This document shows positions 49,936 through 58,244 of a stretch of 64,000 nt of DNA, one piece after another (positions within the stretch are counted from its first letter, which is position 1; every line of letters starts with the position of its first letter). Location: positions 320,001 through 384,000 of the forward strand of contig JBBRLQ010000004.1 of assembly GCA_038231275.1 (NCBI GenBank). The letters are read 5' to 3'. Below the pieces are notes generated by a model. It did not search any database. It worked only from the letters and a program-made list of their open reading frames with translations, and had not been told where the DNA came from. The DNA is from Polyangiales bacterium. Lineage in GTDB: Bacteria > Myxococcota_A > Polyangia > Polyangiales > Polyangiaceae. The position numbers and the translations under genes were made by a program.

Positions 49936-51657
49936 ATGCCTCGTTTTGCAGCACTCGACGTAGGCTCCAACGCGCTCCGGTTGCGCGTGATCGAGGCGCA
50001 GGCCCCGTCCCGCGCGGTCGATCGATCCCAGCTGACGCTCCTCCCCTCGGAGAAAGAGAGCCCCACCGGCTGGCGCGAGCTCCTCAGCCTGCGCGCGCCC
50101 GTGCGACTCGGCAGCGAAGTGTTCGTTTCGGGCCGGCTCGCCCCCGCGTCGATCGGCCAGGCGTGCGCGGCGCTCCGGCAATTTCGCGACGCGATGGACC
50201 AGCTCGGCGTCGACGCCTACCGCGCGACCGCCACGAGCGCCGTTCGCGAGGCCCAGAACGGCGCCACGTTGGTCGAGCGCGCACGTCGCGAGGCGCGCAT
50301 CGAGCTCGAGGTCATCGAGGGCGTCGAAGAGGCGCGCCTCATTCAGCTCGCGGTGGTCCGTCGGCTCAGGCTGGAAGAGCGGCGCGCGCTGCTCGTCGAT
50401 GTCGGCGGCGGCTCGACCGAGGTGACCTTCCTCGATCGCAGCCAGGGCATCTTCGCGATGAGCCTATCGATGGGGACCGTGAGGCTGCTGGAGACGTTCA
50501 TCAACGGCGACCGCAAGCGCCGGAACGACACGCCGACGTCGGGGCGCGTCGATCGCGAGCAGATGAAGCTGATGGGCGAGACGATCGATCGCGCGTTCGC
50601 CGACGTCGTGCCTCACATCAAGCGGACGAGCGAGCTGCTCGTGGGGACCGGCGGCAACGTCGAGACCCTCGCCGAGCTGTGCCCGGTGCGCGGCGCGATG
50701 CCCGGCGCGCCCCGCGCGATCGACGTCGCGCAGATGCGCGCGCTCATCGCCAAGATGGCGACGATGTCGACCGAAGAGCGACGCGCGACGTACTCGCTGC
50801 GTCCCGATCGCGCCGACACGATCATCCCTGCGTCGCTCATCTTTTTGAAGGCGGCAGAGGCGTTCCGCCTCGCGAGCGTCACGGTCCCCGGCGCCGGGCT
50901 CAAGGAGGGGATCCTCGAGGAGCTCGTCGACAAGTACTTCGACGTATGGGACGAGGCCGGCGAGGCGAAGAGCGTGCTCCTCGCGTGCCGTCGCCTCGGC
51001 GCGCGCTACTCGTTCGACGAGGCGCACGCCGAGCACGTGGCCCGCTTCGCGACGCAGCTCTTCGACGATCTCCAGCCGATGCACGCGTTCACGCCGCGCG
51101 ATCGGATGCTCCTGCAAGCGGCGGCGCTGCTGCACGACATCGGCGACTACGTCCGGTACGACGGGCACCACAAACACAGCTACTACCTGGTGATGCACGC
51201 GGAGATCCTCGGGCTCCTCCCCGAAGAGCGCGCCGTCGTCGCGAACATCGCGCGCTACCACCGCAAGAGCCCGCCCGACATCGATCACCCGAATTTCCGC
51301 GAGCTCGACAAGGTCTCGCGCGGCAAGGTGCGCGGACTCTCGGCGCTGCTCCGCGTCGCCGACGCGCTCGATCGCGAGCACCGCGGCAAGGTGCAGGACG
51401 CCCGCGCCGAGCTCGACACGACCAAGCGCCGCGTGCTCCTCCACCTCGACGGCCCCGAAGAGCGCGAGCTCGAAGAGTGGACGGTCAAGAACAAGAGCGA
51501 GCTCTTTCGCGACGTTTTCGATCTCGACGTGAACATCGCGCCGCGCGAGGGCGGCGCAAAGAGCTCACGCGACGGCCGCGCCGACCGCGAAGAGCCAGGC
51601 AGCGGCGAGACGGTCGTGGCTGCAGCGGCGCCCCCGAAGCAGAAGACCGCGAGCTAG
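49936..51657 (+). CDS. ppx: Ppx/GppA exopolyphosphatase with HD domain
   Basis: DVGSN, ATSAVREA, EEARL, DVGGGSTE, GTGG, DRAD, LHDIG, HHKHS. Confidence 0.92.
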   Translation: MPRFAALDVGSNALRLRVIEAQAPSRAVDRSQLTLLPSEKESPTGWRELLSLRAPVRLGSEVFVSGRLAPASIGQACAALRQFRDAMDQLGVDAYRATATSAVREAQNGATLVERARREARIELEVIEGVEEARLIQLAVVRRLRLEERRALLVDVGGGSTEVTFLDRSQGIFAMSLSMGTVRLLETFINGDRKRRNDTPTSGRVDREQMKLMGETIDRAFADVVPHIKRTSELLVGTGGNVETLAELCPVRGAMPGAPRAIDVAQMRALIAKMATMSTEERRATYSLRPDRADTIIPASLIFLKAAEAFRLASVTVPGAGLKEGILEELVDKYFDVWDEAGEAKSVLLACRRLGARYSFDEAHAEHVARFATQLFDDLQPMHAFTPRDRMLLQAAALLHDIGDYVRYDGHHKHSYYLVMHAEILGLLPEERAVVANIARYHRKSPPDIDHPNFRELDKVSRGKVRGLSALLRVADALDREHRGKVQDARAELDTTKRRVLLHLDGPEERELEEWTVKNKSELFRDVFDLDVNIAPREGGAKSSRDGRADREEPGSGETVVAAAAPPKQKTAS

Positions 51658-51680
51658 AAGTTCTGTATCGTCCCGCACGC

Positions 51681-52307
51681 ATGCGGCTCGCGGTCTTCGT
51701 CCTCTCCGGCGCCTTCGCCACGGCGGCAGTCGGCTGCGCTGGGCAAGGCGTCCCCGACCCTCGGTCGGCGGCGAACGACTACGCGGCGGCGGCGGCGCGC
51801 GGCGATTCGGACGCGATCTACGGGATGATGACCGCGAGCGCGCAGAAGAGCCGGAGCCGTGACGACGTAAAAAAGATCGTGGCCTCGGAGCGCGAGGAGC
51901 TGGCCGAGCAAGCCGCGGCGCTTCGCTCGAAAGACGCGCGCGCGCAGGCCACGGCCCGCCTCAAGTTCGACGACGGCGAAGAGGCCGCGCTCGATCTCCA
52001 CGACGGGCGATTCTGGGTGACGAGCGCCGGCGCGCTTCCGGGCGGAGCGCGCACGCCGGAGCAGGCGCTCGATCAGCTCCGGCGCGTGGTGGCGCGTCGC
52101 TCGTACGCCGGCCTCATGCGCGTCCTGTCGCCGGCGACGCGCGCGGCGATCGAGCAGGACTTGCGCTCGCTCGTCGTCGGCCTCGACAAGCCGGACACGC
52201 TTCAAATTCAGGTCACCGGCGACAACGCCGTCGTCAACGTTCCCGGCGGCCACCACGTGCGCCTGAAGCGCGAGGGCGGCGTCTGGCGTGTAGACGACTT
52301 CGACTAG
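51681..52307 (+). CDS. Hypothetical lipoprotein (tandem NTF2-like folds possible)
   Basis: AAVG-C lipobox; two P..A..L / L..E.G.W.V units. Confidence 0.65.
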   Translation: MRLAVFVLSGAFATAAVGCAGQGVPDPRSAANDYAAAAARGDSDAIYGMMTASAQKSRSRDDVKKIVASEREELAEQAAALRSKDARAQATARLKFDDGEEAALDLHDGRFWVTSAGALPGGARTPEQALDQLRRVVARRSYAGLMRVLSPATRAAIEQDLRSLVVGLDKPDTLQIQVTGDNAVVNVPGGHHVRLKREGGVWRVDDFD

Positions 52308-52334
52308 TGGAGCGAAGCGCAGCGGAGCGAAACG
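52306..52334 (+). repeat. 29-bp interspersed repeat, copy 2
   Basis: Identical to copy 1; overlaps the TAG stop at 52305-52307. Confidence 0.8.
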
Positions 52335-52343
52335 GTCCGCGCT

Positions 52344-53141
52344 ATGCTTCTGCGCGTGAAGCGCGCCCCTCTCGCACTGGTCGCCGCGATCCTCGTGGCG
52401 CTCGCGCTCGCCTTGCCTAGGCCGGCGCGCGCGTTCGGCGATCAGGGCGCGTTCGATCCGCGCGTGCTCCTCGTCGGCGGACAGACGGGCGCCGCGCGTC
52501 CCAACGCGCCGGCGCGGTGGTCGTGGGAGCTGGTCCAGCGCACGAGCGCTCCCGCGCGCCTCAAGCCGGGGACGGTCCGCGCCGAGGATCCCGCGATCAC
52601 CGACGGCCCCTTCCTCTATTGGAGCGGCGACGCGCAGGTCCCGACGCTCACGACGGCGGAGGTCGCGGGGCTCCGGCGCTTCTTCTCGCTCGGCGGCGTC
52701 ATGCTCGTCGACGACGCCGGCGTCTCGGCAGAGGGGGAGCCTGGCGCGTTCTCCAAATCCGCGCGCCGCGAGATCGCGCGCGTCCTTCCGGAGTCGACGC
52801 CGATCACGATCGGCGAGGAGCACGTGGTCTTCCGGAGCTTCTACTTGCTAAGGCGCGCGGAAGGTCGCGTCGCAGGAACCAAGACCCTCGACGCCATCGT
52901 CCGTGGCGGACAGGCTCAGGTCATCTTCTCGTCGCACGATCTCGGAGGCGCGCTCGCGCGAGGGCCCACCGGGCTGTGGGAGCAGACCGTCGTCCCGGGA
53001 GGCGACGCGCAACGGGAGCGCGCGATCCGCCTCGCCGTCAACGTCGCGATGTACGTACTCTGCTCGAACTACAAGGACGACCAAGTACACGCCCCCTTCC
53101 TCATGCGACGGCGCGCGATGGCGCCCACGGTCCTTCCATGA
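52344..53141 (+). CDS. DUF4159 domain protein
   Basis: PFLYWSG, LRRF...GG.MLVDD, HVVFRSFYLL, DLGGA, AIRLAVN.AMYVLC.NYK.DQVH. Confidence 0.8.
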   Translation: MLLRVKRAPLALVAAILVALALALPRPARAFGDQGAFDPRVLLVGGQTGAARPNAPARWSWELVQRTSAPARLKPGTVRAEDPAITDGPFLYWSGDAQVPTLTTAEVAGLRRFFSLGGVMLVDDAGVSAEGEPGAFSKSARREIARVLPESTPITIGEEHVVFRSFYLLRRAEGRVAGTKTLDAIVRGGQAQVIFSSHDLGGALARGPTGLWEQTVVPGGDAQRERAIRLAVNVAMYVLCSNYKDDQVHAPFLMRRRAMAPTVLP

Positions 53142-55897
53142 AGCGTCCTCCCTCGCGGCTCGTCGCCGGTCTTTTGATCGCGACGGCCACCGTCACCGTC
53201 GCGTGTGGCTCGAAGAGCTCCGGCACCACCCCGCCCCCCGACGACACCGACCTGCCTTCGTTCATCACGGCGCCGGAGTCGTGCGCGTACTCGTGCCCGG
53301 TCACCGACTGCGCCGAGGCGACGGCGCCGTACGCGTGCCCGAGCATGCCCGAGTGGTCGAAGATCCCGCACGCCGACACGTGTGCGCCGTGGGACGGCAA
53401 GTACCCCGCGCCGCAGCAGGGGCAGTGCACCGTGAGCGCGCCGACCGGCGACGCCGCGAAATACGCGGGCGCCGACGGCAACGCGATCATCTTGCCGGAT
53501 GGGCGACGCATTCGTCCCTCGGGAAGCGAGTGGGCGTTCGCAGAGGCGGACCTCCTTGGCGGTCTGACGAGCGCGGTGCTGCACGTTCCGCAGACGAGCT
53601 TCGTGCTCACCGTCGACACCGGTCCGGGAGTCCACGCGGTCCGCGTCGTCGACACCGCGAAGCTTGGAAGCGGCAACCCCGTCACGAGCTACGTCGCGTT
53701 CCCCCCGACATCCACGTTGAACAGCGGCATCGCCTTCGTGGCGCCCGATCTCGTCTACGTGGCGACCGCCGACGGCATCGTGCAAGCGCTGAAGCTCGAC
53801 ACGCAGACCGGGCAGCTCACGAAGGACGACGCGCGGACGATCACACTCGACGCGACGCGCGACGCGAACGGCAACCCGGCCAAGTGGTACGTGTCGGGCG
53901 TCGCGGTGTCGCCGGACAAGACACGCCTCGTCGTCACCCCCGTGCTCCAGACGACGCTCTTCGTCTACGACGTCGCGGCCGGCTCCGCGACCTTCGGCAA
54001 GAAGCTCGGTCAAGTGGAGCTCCCTTCGAGCGACTCGTACGGCGCGTGGTTCGACCCCGCAGATCCTGCGCATGCGTACGTCACGATGTGGGCGTCGCAC
54101 GCGGTCGTCGAAGTGGACGTGTCGACGCCCGCGACGCCGAAGATCAGCCGCAAGTTCGCCACCGACAAGGACCCCACGCAGGTCGCGTTCCTCGACGCGC
54201 GCTGGATGGCCGTCGCGAACGATCTCGGCGACACGATCTCGCTCGTCGATCGCGCGAGCGGCGCCGTGAGGAGCCTGCCCATCGAGTCGGACGGCCTCAA
54301 TGGCGTCGAACCGAGCGCCCTCGGCTGGGACGCGACGCACAAGCGCCTGTACGCGACGCTTGCGGGAGTGAACGCGGTGGCCGCGTACGACGTCGACCTC
54401 ACGAAGGATCCGCCCTCAATCACGCCGGCCGGGCGACTGGCAACGGGATGGTGGCCTTCAGGAGTGACGACGCTCGACGACGGGAGCGTCGTCATCTCGA
54501 GCCTCCGCGGACACGGCGCCGGACCCAGGCCCCTCCACTTCGCGATCGACGACAACGACACCTCCGATCGCATGCGCGGCAGCATCCAGAAGGTCCCCGT
54601 CGACGTCGCGCTCGCCGCCGCCGATGCCGCGGCGATCGACGCGAACAATTCCGTCGGCGCGCTGCCCGGTCATCCCTCCCTCACCTGCCCCTCAGGCGTG
54701 AGCGACTTCCCGATCCCGGCGACGAACGCCGAGGGCCCGTCCAAAAGCCTCCAGCACGTCTTCTTCATCGTCCGCGAGAACAAGGGCTTCGACGGGATCT
54801 TCGGCGATTTCCCGGGCGCCGAGGGGCACGCGGACCTGACGTTCAAGACCGGGGCCGGGGAGATGGACGCGATTTGGCAGAACCTCCGCGGCCTCGCCCG
54901 CGACTTCGCGATGAGCGACAACTATTACACCGACGCCGTCTACTCGACGCAAGGTCACAACTGGACGGTGTACGGGCGCGCGACCGACTTCGACGAGCGC
55001 ACGTGGGCGATCTCCGGCGGCGGCCACGACGGCCGACCAGTCCCCGGCGGCGGGGTCACAGACGTCGGCATGCCGGTCGAGGGCTCGCTCTTCGATTGGC
55101 TCTACAAGAACCAGGTTCAGTACGATCTGCTCGGCGAGATCGTCGGCAGCCCCAAGACCACCGATCCCGCCCACCCGTCGATCGACATCCGGTACCCGGG
55201 CGGTCCGTTCCAGAACATCTTCTATCCGGACCTGAAGAAGGCTTGTTACACGGCGGGCCGGGTGCGCGTGCTCTGCAACGTCGCGAGCTTCGTCTACATG
55301 ACGATCTCGAACGATCACTCGCGCGGCGTGCACCCCGACGCGCCGACGCCGGAGACCTACTGCGCAGTGAACGACGAGGCGACGGGGATGATCGTCGACG
55401 CGATCAGCCACAGCCCCATCTGGCAGAGCTCGCTCATCCTGATCACCGAGGACGATCCGTCGCAGGGCGGTGAGCACATCGACTCGCACCGCGCGCCGTT
55501 CGTCGCCATCTCTCCGTGGGTGAAGCGCGGGTACGTGTCGAAGACGCACATCGACGTCGCGAGCGCGCACAAGCTCTTCGCGCACGTCTTCGGCAAGCCG
55601 TACAACAACCGCACCGTCGCGAACGCCGGGTTGCCGCTCGATCTCTTCACGTCGACGCCGGATTTCGCGCCGTACACGTACAAGCCGCGATCGGTGCCGC
55701 TCAAGTGCGGCAACGGCGCGAAGCTCGGGGAGAAATCGCTGAGCGAGTCGTGGGACCTGACGGAGGCCGACGAGCAACCGGGGCTCGACGCGCAGGTCAC
55801 GCGATGGATGCGCGGCGTGCAGTTCGAGACGTTGCCGCCGAATCTGCGCGCGCGCGTCGAGATGCGCGCCGAGCAGCGGGCGCTGCGCGGGGACTGA
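53138..55897 (+). CDS. YncE-like beta-propeller + phosphoesterase (alkaline phosphatase-like) lipoprotein
   Basis: VTVA-C lipobox; propeller repeats; HVFFIVRENKGFD, DNYY, S..GHNW, NDH, ITEDD.SQG..HIDSHR, ISPW.KRG.V. Confidence 0.8.
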   Translation: MKRPPSRLVAGLLIATATVTVACGSKSSGTTPPPDDTDLPSFITAPESCAYSCPVTDCAEATAPYACPSMPEWSKIPHADTCAPWDGKYPAPQQGQCTVSAPTGDAAKYAGADGNAIILPDGRRIRPSGSEWAFAEADLLGGLTSAVLHVPQTSFVLTVDTGPGVHAVRVVDTAKLGSGNPVTSYVAFPPTSTLNSGIAFVAPDLVYVATADGIVQALKLDTQTGQLTKDDARTITLDATRDANGNPAKWYVSGVAVSPDKTRLVVTPVLQTTLFVYDVAAGSATFGKKLGQVELPSSDSYGAWFDPADPAHAYVTMWASHAVVEVDVSTPATPKISRKFATDKDPTQVAFLDARWMAVANDLGDTISLVDRASGAVRSLPIESDGLNGVEPSALGWDATHKRLYATLAGVNAVAAYDVDLTKDPPSITPAGRLATGWWPSGVTTLDDGSVVISSLRGHGAGPRPLHFAIDDNDTSDRMRGSIQKVPVDVALAAADAAAIDANNSVGALPGHPSLTCPSGVSDFPIPATNAEGPSKSLQHVFFIVRENKGFDGIFGDFPGAEGHADLTFKTGAGEMDAIWQNLRGLARDFAMSDNYYTDAVYSTQGHNWTVYGRATDFDERTWAISGGGHDGRPVPGGGVTDVGMPVEGSLFDWLYKNQVQYDLLGEIVGSPKTTDPAHPSIDIRYPGGPFQNIFYPDLKKACYTAGRVRVLCNVASFVYMTISNDHSRGVHPDAPTPETYCAVNDEATGMIVDAISHSPIWQSSLILITEDDPSQGGEHIDSHRAPFVAISPWVKRGYVSKTHIDVASAHKLFAHVFGKPYNNRTVANAGLPLDLFTSTPDFAPYTYKPRSVPLKCGNGAKLGEKSLSESWDLTEADEQPGLDAQVTRWMRGVQFETLPPNLRARVEMRAEQRALRGD

Positions 55898-55906
55898 GCG
55901 CCGCGA

Positions 55907-58150
55907 ATGCCGACGTCGCACCTCGCACCGAGCGCCGATCTGCCCCCGTGGGCGGGCGCCCTCGCGGCGCTCCTGGTCCTCGTGAGCCTGGGGCTGCTCG
56001 TCGTCGAGATGCGTCGGCGCGAGCGCGGGGGCGTCGCGATCCTCGCGAGCGGCGTCTTCGCGCTCTTGGCGCTCCTCGCGGCGGTGCTGCGACCGGTGCG
56101 CATCGCGGCGCGCGAGAGCGTCGTGGGCGCGCGCGTCGTGGTGCTCGCAGACGCGTCGCGCTCCATGGCGCTGAAGGACGGCGGGCGCGCGCGAAGGGAC
56201 GCACGTGACAAGACGCTCGCCGAGCTGGCGCGGACCGGCAAGGACGCGCGGCTCCTCGTGCTCGGGTTCGGCGACGGAGCGCCACGTCCGCTCGCGGTCG
56301 GCGACGGCGCGGGCGACGCGAACGCGCGGGCGCCGCGGAGCGATCTCGGCGCCGCGCTGCGCGCGCTGGCGGCGGCGCCCGACGAGAGGCCCGCGGCGAT
56401 CGTCGTCGTGAGCGACGGCCGACTCGATGATCCGCCGGAGGACGCGTCTCCCGCGACGCTCAAGGCGCTGAGCGAGACGCTGCACGTTCCGGTGCACACG
56501 ATCGCGACGACGCGCGACGCGCCTGCCGACGCGAGCGTACGTCGCGTGGCGGCGGCGGGGGCCGCGGTGGCGCACGTGCCGCTGCCGCTCCGCGTCGAGA
56601 TCGGGTGCGCGGGCGGCCTCTCCTGCGACGAGATGACCGTGACCGCGCGAGAGCTGCGTGAGGACGGCCCCCCTGCCCTCCTCGCCACCGGCCTCGCCCA
56701 CTTGAAGGACGGCAAGGGCACCCTCGACCTGACCGTGACGCTCGAGCGCGCGGGCTCGCGCATCCTCGAGATCGCCATCACGCCTCCCGGCGGCGATGTG
56801 ATCCCGGAGAACGATCGCCGGCTCGTCACCTTCAACGTCGCACGGGAGCGCGTGCGTGTGCTGCACGTGGCGGGCCGACCGACGAACGACACGCGCGCGC
56901 TGCGCCGGTGGCTCAAGAGCGATGCGTCGGTGGACGTCGTCGCGTTCTTCATTTTGCGGACGCCGGCCGACAACCCGCTCGCCACACAGGAAGATCTCGC
57001 ACTCATCCCCTTCCCGGTCGACGAGCTCTTCAGCGAGCACCTGCCGTCGTTCGACGCGGTGGTGCTTCAGGACTTCGACGCGCAGCCGTACGGCCTCGAG
57101 AAGCACCTCCCGGCGCTCGCGCGCTACGTGAAAGCGGGCGGCGGGCTCATCATGGTCGGCGGTCCGAACTCGTTCGTCGCGGGCGGATATGCGGGGACGG
57201 CGATCGCCGACGTGCTTCCGGTCGGGCTCGACGCGTCGCCGGGCTCGACGGCGGCGGATACCGCACCGTTCGTGCCGCAGACGAGCGATCAGGGACGCGC
57301 GGCGCCGCTCCTCGGACCTTTGCGCGGCGTGGTCGGTGACGAGCTGCCGCAGATGCCGGGCGCCAACGTCCTCGGCGACGTGCGGCCGGGGGGCGTCGTG
57401 TTGTGGACGCACCCGACTCGCACGACGAAGAGCGGCGCGCCGATGCCGGTCCTCGCGATCGGTGACGTGGGCGACGGGCGCACGATCGCGATGGGCGCCG
57501 ACGGCGGGTGGCTCCTCGAGTTCTCGGCGCTCGGCGCGCGGACGTCGGGGCGCGGGCACGGCGCGCTGTGGGATGGCCTCCTCGGCTGGCTCATGCGCGA
57601 CCCACGTTTCGAGCCGGCGCAGCTCGAGCTCGGCGCGGGATGCACGGGCGGTCTCCCGACCCCTGTGCGTGCGCACCTCTTGCCCGCGGCGCCGGGGGCG
57701 AAGCAGGCGCAGCAGGAGGTTGTCGTCCTCGATGTCGCGAGGCTCGACAAGCAAGGGGCACCGATTCACCTCACCGCTCCGCGCCCGTCAGCGGGTACCA
57801 GCGATCCGACCGTCGAGCTGACGGTGCCGCCGCTCGAGGCGGGAGGCTTCGCCGCGCGCATGCGTGTGGGCTCGGGCCCGGCGACGCGACGCGATTTCGC
57901 GTGCGAGGCAGGCGGCGACGAGTGGGCGGACTCCCGACCCGATCCCGAGCGCCTCCGCGCGCTCGCGGCGGCGACCGGCGGGACGTTCGCGTGGGCCGAC
58001 GATCCGACGACGCTTCCCCTCCCCAAGCCGACGGTGGTGAGCGCGGAGCGGCACGTCGTGCCGGTCGCGCCGCCCTGGCTCTGGACGCTGGCGGCCGCGC
58101 TCGCGTTCGGCGCGCACTGGTTCGCGCGGCGTCGAAGCGGGCTCGTCTAG
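55907..58150 (+). CDS. Membrane protein with vWA-like and GATase1-like domains
   Basis: DASRSM, VVSDG, RVLHVAGRP, FFILRT, LIPFPVDELF, GGGLIMVGG; terminal TMs. Confidence 0.8.
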   Translation: MPTSHLAPSADLPPWAGALAALLVLVSLGLLVVEMRRRERGGVAILASGVFALLALLAAVLRPVRIAARESVVGARVVVLADASRSMALKDGGRARRDARDKTLAELARTGKDARLLVLGFGDGAPRPLAVGDGAGDANARAPRSDLGAALRALAAAPDERPAAIVVVSDGRLDDPPEDASPATLKALSETLHVPVHTIATTRDAPADASVRRVAAAGAAVAHVPLPLRVEIGCAGGLSCDEMTVTARELREDGPPALLATGLAHLKDGKGTLDLTVTLERAGSRILEIAITPPGGDVIPENDRRLVTFNVARERVRVLHVAGRPTNDTRALRRWLKSDASVDVVAFFILRTPADNPLATQEDLALIPFPVDELFSEHLPSFDAVVLQDFDAQPYGLEKHLPALARYVKAGGGLIMVGGPNSFVAGGYAGTAIADVLPVGLDASPGSTAADTAPFVPQTSDQGRAAPLLGPLRGVVGDELPQMPGANVLGDVRPGGVVLWTHPTRTTKSGAPMPVLAIGDVGDGRTIAMGADGGWLLEFSALGARTSGRGHGALWDGLLGWLMRDPRFEPAQLELGAGCTGGLPTPVRAHLLPAAPGAKQAQQEVVVLDVARLDKQGAPIHLTAPRPSAGTSDPTVELTVPPLEAGGFAARMRVGSGPATRRDFACEAGGDEWADSRPDPERLRALAAATGGTFAWADDPTTLPLPKPTVVSAERHVVPVAPPWLWTLAAALAFGAHWFARRRSGLV

Positions 58151-58200
58151 GCGAGGTCTAGGCGAGCTCTAAGCGAGGCCTAGGCGACGTCTAGGCGCGG
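58146..58200. repeat. 11-bp tandem repeat x5 (TCTAGGCGAGG consensus)
   Basis: TCTAGGCGAGG, TCTAGGCGAGC, TCTAAGCGAGG, CCTAGGCGACG, TCTAGGCGCGG; the first unit holds the upstream TAG. Confidence 0.85.
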
Positions 58201-58244
58201 ACGACCGGCGCAACGGCCCGCGGCTCCCGTGCTACCTTTTGCCG

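Noticed and set aside
54692-57769. Long antisense ORFs (1025 aa here; also 11903-14647, 29324-31717, 42988-45123)
   Set aside because: Arg/Ala-rich shadow frames opposite well-supported genes, expected at this GC content.
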